64,000 bases of DNA from an uncultured Planctomycetales bacterium (GCA_964612665.1 CAZTCI010000005.1:175549-239548); one strand, 5' to 3'. Numbered from the stretch's first letter, positions 37,801-46,676 are shown. Notes: generated from the letters alone by a model not told the origin. Program-made: numbers and translations.

Positions 37801-39243
37801 ACAAATTCTGCTGAGGACGCGCTGCGCGAAATTATTCGCGGACGTTTGGAAGCGTTGGGACCCGTGACGATTCAAGAACTGGCCATTGCCTCTGGCTTAC
37901 CTGAGGACAAAATTCAATTTGCTCTGCTTACCCTTGAAACCGAAGGTTTTGTTTTTCGCGGTCATTTTACCTCCCCAACCCCCGGGGTTGGGGAGGTGGA
38001 ATGGTGTGAACGGCGTTTACTTCAGCGGATCCACAAATACACAATCGAATCGCTGCGCCAAAGTATTCAGCCCGTCTCCGTGCAGGATTTCATGCGCTTT
38101 CTTTTTCGTTTTCACAAAATGCACGACGACAACGAACAAACCGGCCCGGAGATTTTAAAAAATGTGCTCGAACAATTAGAAGGTTACGAAGCGCCAGCGG
38201 CGGCGTGGGAAACGGATTTGATTCCCGGACGCATGGCTGGCTATGATCCATCGTGGCTTGATGTTTTATGCATGAGCGGCAAGATTGTTTGGGGACGCTT
38301 TAATCTGCCGAAACGTATTTTAGAAAATGGAAAAAAAACCGGTCCGGTTAAAAGCACGCCGATCAGTCTTGTCCCGCGCAGTCATGTAAATTTGTGGCGG
38401 CAGCTGGCGGATCAAAATGGGGAAGAGAGAGAACTAATTTCCGGCGCGCAAAAAATTTTGGAACACCTTAAAATGAACGGCGCGAGTTTTTTCGATGACA
38501 TTGCCGTTCAAACGAAACTTTTAAAAACCCAAGTTGAAGAAGGAATTGCTGAGCTTGTGGCGAACGGTTTGGTTGTCAGCGACAGTTATTCCGGATTGCG
38601 CGCCTTGTTAACTCCGCAGCATAATAAACCTTCAAGCTATCGTTTGCCTAACGACCGCCGACGAGGCAGAGCGCTTTTTGGCATAGATCACGCCGGCCGC
38701 TGGTCGCTTATGCCGCGTTTGCCTGAGAGTGAAAAGGAAGAATTGGCTTATGAACTTTTGGAAGAGCTTGTTTTTGTTTATTTGCGGCGGTGGGGCGTTT
38801 TGTTTAGGTCGATCATGGAAAAAGAATCGTTCGCGCCGCCGTGGCGTGTTTTGGTCAGGGTTTTACGTCGGATGGAATTGCGCGGTGAATTGCGCGGCGG
38901 CCGTTTCGTCGCCCAAGTCAGCGGCGAACAATTCGCACTGCCCGAGACGGTCGATTATTTACGTGACATCCGGCAAAAAACCAAGACCCAAGAACTGATT
39001 TCGATTTCCGCCGTGGACCCTTTGAATCTGCTTGGCATTATTTTGCCCGGTAAACGCGTGGCGAATTTAACATCGAACCGAATTGTCTTTCAAGACGGCG
39101 TTGCGCTGGCAGTTTTGGAAGGGAAAGAAGTTAAATTCTTGAAAGAACTTCCCCCCGCCGAACAATGGCCGGTTGAGAAGGCGCTTATTCGTCGGAAATT
39201 TCCGACGAAGTTGAAGTATTACTTAGGTAAAAATTACATTTAG
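34840..39243 (+). CDS. lhr: Lhr-family large ATP-dependent helicase (DEAD/DEAH core + Lhr C-terminal extension)
   Basis: 1467 aa. AAPTGSGKT (Walker A), DEIH, helicase C motifs VATASMELGID and QRVGRSGH. The long C-terminal region is typical of Lhr-extended proteins. Confidence 0.9.
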   Translation: MSLSTFHLITRKWFEQTFGQPTEAQSLAWPAIKNQKHTLIAAPTGSGKTLAAFYAAIDDLVVKGLNGHLPDQTQIVYVSPLKALSNDIQRNLQFPLKGIEAELQAQGYPDVHISVAVRTGDTTPAERQKMLKHPPHILVTTPESLYLLLTSHGGREMLRGVRTVIIDEIHAMIDDKRGSYLALSIERLEHLSDCRLQRIGLSATQKPIDLVARFLVGNKNIKDGQADCVIVDTGLRRKLNISLEVPQSPLSAIMSNEVWTEIYERLIELINQHRTTLIFVNTRRLAERLAMALGERMGEEHVTSHHGSMSKEHRHSAEQRLKAGHLKVLVATASMELGIDIGSVELVVQFSSPKSIAAFIQRVGRSGHYVGGTPKGILFPLSRDELVECAAILDSVRRGELDHITMPESPIDILSQQIVAEVAAAGEWGVDDLYTLFSNAYPYRNFSKENFLEIIHMVSEGFTTRRGRRGTYLHFDAVNGRLRARRGAQLAALTNGGSIPDMFDYEVVLQPEGITVGSLNEDFALESMAGDIFTLGTHSWQLIGVQGLKVMVQDAAGKPPTVPFWLGEGPGRSDELSISVGRLRETLNTLLDQEPLPQNTADKNEFSIHDKQAVRWLVDEVGLAQGAAEQLVIYLWMGKIGLGVMPTQKNIIMERFFDEAGDMHLVIHSLYGSRINRGWGLALRKKFCRNFNFELQAAANENSIILSLSSSHSFPLDDVFRYLNSKILRETLIQAMLDAPLFEIRWRWNATRALAILRNRNGKRVPPYLQRMQAEDLVAQVFPDQIACFENIEGERKIPDHPLVNQVIHDCLTEAMDIDGLEKLISQIERKELTLIAKDLREPSVFAQEIINARPYAFLDDTEFAEWRVNAVRNRSWLDPGEAKDLSKLDPQAIQTVKEEAWPQSQNADELHDTLMIHGFITEEEGRLNKWENFFEDLIRQGRAARLHIAENHILWITAEHTLLFELIYENKEIVPAVHLPKSIQQKTNSAEDALREIIRGRLEALGPVTIQELAIASGLPEDKIQFALLTLETEGFVFRGHFTSPTPGVGEVEWCERRLLQRIHKYTIESLRQSIQPVSVQDFMRFLFRFHKMHDDNEQTGPEILKNVLEQLEGYEAPAAAWETDLIPGRMAGYDPSWLDVLCMSGKIVWGRFNLPKRILENGKKTGPVKSTPISLVPRSHVNLWRQLADQNGEERELISGAQKILEHLKMNGASFFDDIAVQTKLLKTQVEEGIAELVANGLVVSDSYSGLRALLTPQHNKPSSYRLPNDRRRGRALFGIDHAGRWSLMPRLPESEKEELAYELLEELVFVYLRRWGVLFRSIMEKESFAPPWRVLVRVLRRMELRGELRGGRFVAQVSGEQFALPETVDYLRDIRQKTKTQELISISAVDPLNLLGIILPGKRVANLTSNRIVFQDGVALAVLEGKEVKFLKELPPAEQWPVEKALIRRKFPTKLKYYLGKNYI
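37969..37997. repeat. 29-bp perfect palindrome ACCTCCCCAACC-CCCGG-GGTTGGGGAGGT lying in-frame inside lhr (encodes TSPTPGVGEV)
   Basis: 12-bp arms are exact reverse complements. Member of the same family as 43351-43393 and 45310-45340. Confidence 0.6.
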
Positions 39244-39378
39244 GAGAGAGTAGCGAGTCGAGAGCAGAGAGTCAGCGAAATTTCTAAATTCGCATTACTC
39301 TCTATTCTAAAATATATTTCCCTTATCCAATAATCACGGTATAATCCGAACCTATCAAGAATTCCAATAATTAAAGAA

Positions 39379-39810
39379 ATGAAAATGACGAATGACTGGC
39401 GAATATATGCGTTAGCGTCGGCGTTTTTTGCCGGATTGGTCGTTATTTTTGCCAAAGCGGGCATGATGAATATTCCTTCCAATCTCGCGACTCTGATTCG
39501 AACAGTCGTGATTATGGGTTTTCTTATTCTGCTTATTTTCATCCGAAAAGAATGGACTTCCACCTTATCTTTTACTTCGCGCGATTTAATTTTTTTAATT
39601 TTGTCGGCGGTAGCGACGGGGCTTTCATGGGTTTGTTATTTTCAAGCCTTGCAAACGGGACCAGCCGCGGGTGTTGCCGCGGTTGATAAGTTAAGTTTAA
39701 TTTTCGCGGTTGTGTTTTCGATTTTATTTTTAGGAGAACACTTAAGCTGGCTGCAATGGAGTGGTGTTGTGTTAATGGCCGGCGGGGCGTTGTTGGTTAC
39801 GATCAAGTAA
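39379..39810 (+). CDS. EamA-like (DMT superfamily) small membrane transporter
   Basis: 143 aa, 4 TM, with the single-EamA-domain pattern. Confidence 0.65.
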   Translation: MKMTNDWRIYALASAFFAGLVVIFAKAGMMNIPSNLATLIRTVVIMGFLILLIFIRKEWTSTLSFTSRDLIFLILSAVATGLSWVCYFQALQTGPAAGVAAVDKLSLIFAVVFSILFLGEHLSWLQWSGVVLMAGGALLVTIK

Positions 39811-39845
39811 AGATTGCGTTAAGCGCAATAAAAACAGGAGGAAAA

Positions 39846-40412
39846 ATGTTTAAAGGAATTATTCTTGCCGTTGTCAATCTTACCTTAATAACCGCGATCA
39901 CCTTGGGCAGCCGTCAGGGTTATTGTGAAGAGACCAAGAAAAATACCATAGTTGTTTTTGAAACCAATCGGGGGACAATCGAACTGAAACTCTATGATAA
40001 TATCGCGCCTAAAACGGTTGAGAATTTCAAAGGCCTGGTTGAGAAGGGATATTATAATGGCACAATTTTTCACCGGGTCATCAAGCAATTCATGATTCAA
40101 GGCGGCGATCCGACGGGAACAGGCCGCGGCGGCGAAAGCATTTGGGGCGGGACGTTTGGCGATGAATTTAATTCAAGCGTTGAGTTCAATCGCAAAGGTA
40201 TTTTAGCTATGGCGAACGCAGGACCGAATACTAATGGAAGCCAATTTTTTATTACAACCGCCGCAACACCGTGGCTTAACGGGCATCATACGATTTTTGG
40301 AGAAGTTGTTTCTGGATATGAAGCCGTGGAGGCGATTGAAAATTCTCCAACTCAGCCTGGTGATCGGCCCATCGAGGACCAGAAAATTACCAAGGCTTAT
40401 TTGAAAAAATAA
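39846..40412 (+). CDS. peptidyl-prolyl cis-trans isomerase, cyclophilin type, with signal peptide
   Basis: ATG 39846 follows AGGAGG. FHRVIKQFMIQGGDPTGTGRGGESIWG and GILAMANAGPNTNGSQFFIT are cyclophilin signatures. Confidence 0.9.
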   Translation: MFKGIILAVVNLTLITAITLGSRQGYCEETKKNTIVVFETNRGTIELKLYDNIAPKTVENFKGLVEKGYYNGTIFHRVIKQFMIQGGDPTGTGRGGESIWGGTFGDEFNSSVEFNRKGILAMANAGPNTNGSQFFITTAATPWLNGHHTIFGEVVSGYEAVEAIENSPTQPGDRPIEDQKITKAYLKK

Positions 40413-40458
40413 ATTTGAGAACGTTGAAGAATTTTTAGAAACAAAAGGAGAAGAGAAA

Positions 40459-41493
40459 ATGCCATCAACCGCTACTTGTGTTGAACCCAACCGAATTTTG
40501 GAAGTTGGATTTAATTTTTGGAGTTCAAAAGTTTTAATAACCGCTGTTGAACTGGGAGTCTTTACAGTTTTAGGCGACAAAGCGATGACTGGAGTCGAGC
40601 TTGGGAAAAAATTAGGATTACATCCCCGTGGGATTTATGATTTCTTTGATACGCTGGTGTCGATGAATTTTCTGGAGCGCGACGGCAACGGCCCGTCGGC
40701 AAAATACCACAACACCGAAGAAACGGCTTTTTATTTGGATAAGAATAAGCCGGCCTATATCGGCGGGATTCTGGAAATGGCGAGTCAGCGGCTTTATAAA
40801 TTCTGGCACGATCTTCCTGTTGCGCTTAAAACCGGACAGCCGCAAAACGAAATCAAACACAGCCAGAAACCGATGTTTGAAGAGCTTTACAACGATTTGC
40901 CCAGGCTGGAGCAGTTCATGGCGGCCATGACGGGTATTTCCCGCAGAAATTTCCAAGCGCTGGCGGAAAAGTTTGATTTTACAAAATACCAGACGCTTTT
41001 GGATGTCGGCGGCGCAACTGGAATTCTCTCCATTATTATGGCCAAAAAATTTTCGCATCTGCGTTGTCAATCCTTCGACCTTCCTAAAGTCGAACCGATC
41101 GCGCAAAAAGCAATCGCCCGTGAAAATTTGACCAGCCGCATTAAGGTTGTTTCCGGCGATTTTTTTAAAGATCCATTGCCTAATGCCGATGTGATTACAA
41201 TGGGGATGATTCTTCATGATTGGAATTTAGAAAACAAAAAACATCTGATCAAAGCGGCCTATAACGCGCTGGCTAAAGGCGGGGCCTTGATTGCCGTTGA
41301 GAATATTATCGATGATGAGCGCCGAAAAAACACCTTTGGACTGCTTATGTCTTTAAACATGTTAATTGAGTTTGGCGATGCGTTTGATTTTACGTTTGCT
41401 GATTTTAAAGGATGGGCGAAAGAAGCAGGCTTTCAAGAATTTGAACTGCTCCCGCTGGCTGGCCCCTGCAGCGCCGCGATTGCGTATAAATAA
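40459..41493 (+). CDS. class I SAM-dependent O-methyltransferase (PF00891-type, with N-terminal dimerisation domain)
   Basis: LLDVGGATGILS (motif I), ADVITMGMILHDW and the catalytic His context. COMT/ASMT-like. Confidence 0.8.
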   Translation: MPSTATCVEPNRILEVGFNFWSSKVLITAVELGVFTVLGDKAMTGVELGKKLGLHPRGIYDFFDTLVSMNFLERDGNGPSAKYHNTEETAFYLDKNKPAYIGGILEMASQRLYKFWHDLPVALKTGQPQNEIKHSQKPMFEELYNDLPRLEQFMAAMTGISRRNFQALAEKFDFTKYQTLLDVGGATGILSIIMAKKFSHLRCQSFDLPKVEPIAQKAIARENLTSRIKVVSGDFFKDPLPNADVITMGMILHDWNLENKKHLIKAAYNALAKGGALIAVENIIDDERRKNTFGLLMSLNMLIEFGDAFDFTFADFKGWAKEAGFQEFELLPLAGPCSAAIAYK

Positions 41494-41702
41494 ATCTTTC
41501 ACCTAAAGGGAAGTCTTTTTCCAACGCTTGAGGGTTTCCTTTTTAAAATCTTCCCAACGTACACCCTTCGTATCATGAGCTGTTGACTTTTGTTGACTCC
41601 ACGTTAAAAAATTTTCATCTCATTTTAATCCTGCCTTCATGACCTAAATGTTAAAAGATTAGTCTCAACCGGGAAAAATTCCTTGAATTGGAGAGACTAG
41701 TC

Positions 41703-42436
41703 ATGAGTCATCTGTTTGTCGGCACTAGCGCATGGAATTACAAGCATTGGAAAAGTGTCTTCTATCCGCCAGAAATCGCTTCTTCAAACTGGCTGAATTA
41801 TTATGTGAAATACTTTAACAGTGTCGAATTGAACATCACGTTTTACCGGCTGGTGCGCAAAACGACTTTCCAAAATTGGTACAAAAACACACCCAAGAAT
41901 TTTTATTTTGTCGCCAAAGGTTCGCGCTACATCACGCACATTAAAAGATTAAACGCCGTCGGCGCGCCGCTGGATTTGTATTTAAAAAACGCTGCCGGGC
42001 TTAAAGATAAACTTGCCGCTATCTTATGCAGTTCGCGCCTGGTTTCAAAAAAGATGTTAAGCGTCTGAAAAATTTTTTAAGAATGCTTGAGCGCAAAACC
42101 AGGATTCGCCAGGTTTTTGAATTCCGAAATGAAACGTGGTTCGGCGATGAAATTTATACCCTTCTTAAAGAATACAACGCCTGTCTTTGCATCGCTCATT
42201 CCGATCGGCACCCTTGCGTGAAGATTTCAACCGCTGATTTTATTTATTTGCGTTTTCACGGTGGAAATCTTTACAGTTCTAATTATTCAGATGAACAACT
42301 CAAACTCTGGGTGGATGTTGCCAAGGAATTTTCGAAAAAGGATGTATTCGCTTATTTTAATAACGATGCCGAAGGGTTCACGGTTAAGAACGCCTTAAAA
42401 TTTAAAGCACTTTATCTCAACGGAAATTTATCTTAA
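41703..42436 (+). pseudogene. DUF72 (UPF0759) family gene interrupted by a -1 frameshift near 42026
   Basis: The N-terminal half (MSHLFVGTSAWNYKHWK...DKLAAIL) and the C-terminal half (MQFAPGFKKDVKRLKNFL...VFAYFNNDAEG) are both DUF72. They sit in frames 0 and 2 with a 43-nt overlap. The junction ...AAIL/MQFAPGF reproduces the conserved ILFQLPPSF block. Confidence 0.6.
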
Positions 42437-42639
42437 ACAAAGTCTTTAAGACTTAAATTGTCATTACGAGTTAATACGGAGAAATCTTCGAAAAGATAAT
42501 CTTTGTACCCGCTTCTGATATTCCAACTAACAATATGAGAAGCGGGATCTCGTAATGGCAATTTTTTTTATTCTTAAATATCTATCATGCTTCTGGTGTA
42601 TAATTTTTTCCCGGAACTGATTCTAAAAGTGAGGTAACC

Positions 42640-43350
42640 ATGAAGCACATTTATTTTGTTGAAGGTCTGTACTGCGCCGCTTGCCGAGAGAAAGTAGAAA
42701 AGGCTTTGAAACTGCATCATGATATTGTGTCCGCCCAAGTTGATTTAAAGAAAAATCAGCTCACGCTTGAGATGAGAAACAACATCGCACTGGCGGAACT
42801 GAACGCCATTCTAAAACCCGTTGGCGATTACAAAATCATCGAACAGCCGCCTCAGCCCATAGTTGCACCGACGAAGATTCAAAACTTCCTGCCGCTCATT
42901 ATTATCTTTACCTTAATTTTAATGTATACCGGGTTTCAACAAGGACGACACGGCTTTAATCTTTTTGAGGCGATGAATGATTTTATGGGCGCGTTTTTTT
43001 TAGTTTTTGGGGCGTTTAAGATCATTAATTGGCGAGGTTTTGTTGAAAGTTATCAGACTTACGACATTCTCGCTAAACGCAGTTTGGTTTACGCCTATCT
43101 TTATCCCTTAATTGAAATGACATTAGGGGCCGCGTATATTTTTCGATTCAATCTTCCCGTCACAAACGCGGTTACTATTTTCATCATGGGCATCGGTAGT
43201 ATTGGCGTCAGTCAGGCGCTTTTATCAAAACGCCGAATTATCTGCGCCTGTTTAGGCGCTGTTTTTAAAATCCCAATGACAACCGTAACCTTGCTTGAAG
43301 ATGTTCTCATGTTCGTTATGGCTTTGGCTATGCTAGTTTTTTATAAATAA
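42640..43350 (+). CDS. fusion of heavy-metal-associated (HMA, CxxC) domain and MauE/DoxX-like 4-TM membrane domain
   Basis: N-terminal MKHIYFVEGLYCAACREKVEKAL is an HMA fold with CAAC. The C-terminal 160 aa has 4 TM helices. Confidence 0.65.
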   Translation: MKHIYFVEGLYCAACREKVEKALKLHHDIVSAQVDLKKNQLTLEMRNNIALAELNAILKPVGDYKIIEQPPQPIVAPTKIQNFLPLIIIFTLILMYTGFQQGRHGFNLFEAMNDFMGAFFLVFGAFKIINWRGFVESYQTYDILAKRSLVYAYLYPLIEMTLGAAYIFRFNLPVTNAVTIFIMGIGSIGVSQALLSKRRIICACLGAVFKIPMTTVTLLEDVLMFVMALAMLVFYK

Positions 43351-43393
43351 ACCTTCCCAACTAACCTCCCCAACCCCGGAGGTTGGGGAGGTT
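43351..43393. repeat. palindromic element: half-site ACCTTCCCAAC + perfect hairpin AACCTCCCCAACC-CCGGA-GGTTGGGGAGGTT, directly after a TAA stop
   Basis: 13-bp arms are exact reverse complements. Same family as the copies at 37969 and 45310. Confidence 0.6.
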
Positions 43394-43545
43394 ACATTAA
43401 ATTCTTTTAATTTTAATCTCATCTTCCTTTAATCCAGCCTTCCTTATACTTTACTTGATGCTCTCTGCTGAAATAAGTTTTAATTTATCTTATTGAAATG
43501 GGTAGGAGCTATAATTTTTTGGGGTATCATTGGATTGGAGAGGAC

Positions 43546-44508
43546 ATGCACAAACACGATATTATCGTCATAGGTGCTTCTTCCGGCGGTGTGGAAGCCC
43601 TTATAAAATTGGTACAACAGTTGCCGAGAGACTTTCCGGCGGCCATATTTATCGTGATGCATGTTTCATCGGAAGGCAGTATGCTTCCGCAAATACTGGG
43701 CCACTCTACTTCCTTACCTGTGGCTCATGTCAAAGACAAAGAAATTATTAAATTTGGTAAAATTTATATTGCGCCTCCGGATAATCATTTATTGATTAGG
43801 AAAAATCACGTGCGTTTAACCCAAGGTTCTAGTGAAAATGGTTTTCGTCCTGCTGTCGACCCGTTGTTCCGTTCTGCGGCGCGTTTCTATCGAGAGCGGG
43901 TGATTGGAATAATTTTGAGTGGATCGCTCGATGACGGAACGCAAGGGTTGATGGCTGTTAAAAGTTGCGGAGGCATAACGATTGTGGAAGATCCCAAGGA
44001 AGCGATCTTTCCCCAAATGCCGGAAAGTGCGCTGAGATATGTCGAAGTAGATTATTGTTTACCCTTATTAAAAATTGGCCCGCTTTTAGTTGAGCTGTCG
44101 CAAAAGAAAGCAGAGGAAAAAATGTCAAAAAAACAACTTCCACAAATTATGGAACCTTTGAATGTAAAAGATAAATCACCGACGGCATTTACGTGTCCTG
44201 ACTGTGGAGGGAGCCTTTGGCAATTAGAGGAGGGAAAATTAATTCGTTTTAAATGCCGCGTAGGCCACGCCTATTCTGTAAAAAGTGTTGTACAAAAACA
44301 TTCTGATACCTTAGACCACGCTCTTTGGGTTGCTTTTCGTACGCTCCAAGAACACGCTCATCTTCTTTCGCGTATTGCAAAGAATAACCGTAACCGTAAT
44401 GAAAAAGAATTAGCGCAGAATTTCGAAAAACGCGCGCAGGAAAAACAAAAATACGCTGACATTATTCGAAAATTTCTCACCAAACCAAAAACCCCTCCAG
44501 CTGCCTAA
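43546..44508 (+). CDS. stand-alone CheB-type methylesterase domain protein (no REC domain) with C-terminal zinc-ribbon/coiled-coil tail
   Basis: GGAGAGG lies before the ATG. IIVIGASSGGVEAL...IFIVMHVS..., the HLLIRKNH and GSLDDGTQG blocks match CheB_methylest. The tail carries CPDCGG...CRVGH. Confidence 0.8.
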   Translation: MHKHDIIVIGASSGGVEALIKLVQQLPRDFPAAIFIVMHVSSEGSMLPQILGHSTSLPVAHVKDKEIIKFGKIYIAPPDNHLLIRKNHVRLTQGSSENGFRPAVDPLFRSAARFYRERVIGIILSGSLDDGTQGLMAVKSCGGITIVEDPKEAIFPQMPESALRYVEVDYCLPLLKIGPLLVELSQKKAEEKMSKKQLPQIMEPLNVKDKSPTAFTCPDCGGSLWQLEEGKLIRFKCRVGHAYSVKSVVQKHSDTLDHALWVAFRTLQEHAHLLSRIAKNNRNRNEKELAQNFEKRAQEKQKYADIIRKFLTKPKTPPAA

Positions 44509-44692
44509 TTTGAAGGCCTACTATTTGCTTTCTTAAAAGTGTGCTGTTATCATACTCCCGATGAAAATTTATTGTTTAGCGATAAATTGGTCATACATGC
44601 GCCCAACATAACCGTAAATAAGGGCGCTGGATTAAGGCATTGGAAAAAATCAGCCTAAGAACAACACTTACTAACGAAAAGGAGAATGCAGT

Positions 44693-45310
44693 ATGAGAAT
44701 GAAAGTCATTGCGTTTAGCGCTCTAATTTTTCTCACCTTCAACAAACATGCCAGCGCCGGGTTCTTAGACAAAATTAACGCGGCGACACAACGATTACAA
44801 CAAGCTTCCCAACAAATGGAACAAACCTCCCAACAAATGCAAAACAGATCTCAAACTTCCCAACCCTCCCAAAATGCCGCTTCGCATGAACTGACCAAAA
44901 CATCTAACCCGATTAAAGGAACCTGGGGCAATCAAATAACCTGCGCTGGCGCCAATAGCGCCACTTGTGCAAACGGCTTGGATGATTATGCCAACTGCAT
45001 GAACCAAACCAAAGGTTATTATTACAGACTTGTCGCCGATAATCTTGAAACCAAACTGAAATCCGGAAATTTTTCAGAACAAGAACAAAAAGACCTTGAA
45101 GTGGATATTGCTTCTGTTAAAGATGCGGTTGACACCGGCCGCGTCAATGATCCGGACCCTCAAAATCCTCAACGCTGGTTCAAACATCTGAGCAAAGAAG
45201 ATCAAATGCAAATCAACGGCACGAACAGCAAATATATGAATGAAGTGCACACTGATTGTGAGTCTCGGTTTGGCGGCATGTCGCGTTACAGTGGCACGGG
45301 CGGAAGATAA
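44693..45310 (+). CDS. secreted Q/S-rich hypothetical protein
   Basis: Signal peptide MRMKVIAFSALIFLTFNKHASA. Low-complexity Q-rich segment, then a Cys-containing globular part. Confidence 0.55.
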   Translation: MRMKVIAFSALIFLTFNKHASAGFLDKINAATQRLQQASQQMEQTSQQMQNRSQTSQPSQNAASHELTKTSNPIKGTWGNQITCAGANSATCANGLDDYANCMNQTKGYYYRLVADNLETKLKSGNFSEQEQKDLEVDIASVKDAVDTGRVNDPDPQNPQRWFKHLSKEDQMQINGTNSKYMNEVHTDCESRFGGMSRYSGTGGR

Positions 45311-45340
45311 ACCTTCCCAACCTCCGGGGTTGGGAAGGTT
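45310..45340. repeat. palindromic element AACCTTCCCAACC-TCCGG-GGTTGGGAAGGTT directly after a TAA stop
   Basis: Perfect 13-bp arms. The TAAACCTTCCCAAC junction is the same as at 43348. Confidence 0.6.
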
Positions 45341-45362
45341 AACCATTAATCAGGAGATGTGT

Positions 45363-45710
45363 ATGAAAAAGATTCAAAGGTACAAAATATTATTATTTAT
45401 ACTTTGTGTTTTAGGAATTTTAACTCTTCGCGTTAATTCGACCACCGCGCAGACAACGCCTACCATGGATGATCTTCTCCGCCGTATTCAAATTTTAGAA
45501 GCCCGCGTCTCGGCGTTGGAACAACGCAATGCCATCGCTTCAACACAAAATTCCGGCCAGCAGACGACGGTATGGACGTGTAAAATCATCGGACGCAAAG
45601 ATACTTTTTACGGCCACGGAGAGACGCAAGGGCTAGCTGAAAGTGATGCCATGGAACAATGCAAGCTAGTCTCGGATGTCTGTAAGATGAAAGAATGCAG
45701 TAAACAATAA
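45363..45710 (+). CDS. small secreted cysteine-containing protein (115 aa), hypothetical
   Basis: AGGAG lies before ATG 45363. Signal peptide ILLFILCVLGILTL, a coiled segment, then four Cys (CKIIG...C..C..C). The track ORF 45240 is an upstream over-extension. Confidence 0.5.
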   Translation: MKKIQRYKILLFILCVLGILTLRVNSTTAQTTPTMDDLLRRIQILEARVSALEQRNAIASTQNSGQQTTVWTCKIIGRKDTFYGHGETQGLAESDAMEQCKLVSDVCKMKECSKQ

Positions 45711-45722
45711 CCGATAGCGTTT

Positions 45723-46676
45723 ATGCCTAAAATCCTTTTTATTGGCGGGACTATCCGCGGTTTGAAATTAATTGAATTCTTAGTGAAACGTAAATACCGT
45801 ATTGTGTTTGCGGTGATTATGCCGCAAGAAGAACATGAACCGATTAATGTTTCCACCGCAATCATTGATTTATGCCAGCGCCATAAAATTTCGTTTAAAA
45901 TTGCCCGGCGTATCAAAAAAGAAGAGGTTAGTGAACTTTTAGAATTTATGCCCGATGTCGCGTTTGTCTGCGGCTGGCGAACTTTGATTCCATCGGAATT
46001 ATATGGAAGTTTACGATGGGGATGTTTGGCCGCCCATGACTCCCTTTTACCCAAGTATCGGGGATTTGCACCGACAGCCTGGGCCATTATTAATGGTGAA
46101 AAGAAATTGGGTGTTACGCTTTTTAAGATTGCCGACGGCGATGTGGATTCTGGATTGATTCTTGCGCGCCAAACTGTTTTAATTTCCCGCCGCCAAACTG
46201 CAACTCAAATTTATCCGCAAATTATCAAAGCCACCGTCGATTTATACGCTAAATTTTTAAAAGCCGCCTTAAAAGGCCAAGTCAAATGGCAAAAACAAAA
46301 TGAAGCCCAAGCAACCTACGGCTGCCGCCGCCGGCCCGAAGACGGTCAAATCCCTTGGAACCAGAGTGCCCAGCAAATCTTTAATCTCTATCGAGCTTTA
46401 ACTCCACCGAATCCATGGTCATGGACAACTTACAAAAACAAGAAAATTTATATTCTTAAAGCAACGTTACCTAAAAAACATTTTAAATATGATGGAGCCA
46501 TTCCTGGACAAATTGTCCGGAAAGATAAGCAAGGCGTTTGGGCTCTTTGTGGTCAAGGACAAATTATTCTGGAAGAAATTATGGAAGACAATAAGAAGAC
46601 ACAACTGGCAAAAGATTATTTTGCTAAAAGCTCAGCGACATTAGGAAAGGTTTTCAACCAGCAAACTGGAACATAA
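45723..46676 (+). CDS. Fmt-like formyltransferase (formyl_trans_N + C-terminal domain)
   Basis: HDSLLPKYRGFAP (SLLP motif) and the catalytic N/H/D arrangement. The N-terminus differs from canonical Fmt. Confidence 0.75.
   Translation: MPKILFIGGTIRGLKLIEFLVKRKYRIVFAVIMPQEEHEPINVSTAIIDLCQRHKISFKIARRIKKEEVSELLEFMPDVAFVCGWRTLIPSELYGSLRWGCLAAHDSLLPKYRGFAPTAWAIINGEKKLGVTLFKIADGDVDSGLILARQTVLISRRQTATQIYPQIIKATVDLYAKFLKAALKGQVKWQKQNEAQATYGCRRRPEDGQIPWNQSAQQIFNLYRALTPPNPWSWTTYKNKKIYILKATLPKKHFKYDGAIPGQIVRKDKQGVWALCGQGQIILEEIMEDNKKTQLAKDYFAKSSATLGKVFNQQTGT

Noticed and set aside
40618-41217. 199-aa minus-strand ORF inside the O-methyltransferase gene
   Set aside because: It is antisense to a CDS with clear SAM-MTase motifs and has no motifs or RBS.
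45608-46087. 159-aa minus-strand ORF overlapping the small secreted protein and formyltransferase genes
   Set aside because: It overlaps two plus-strand genes with family support and is likely a chance ORF.
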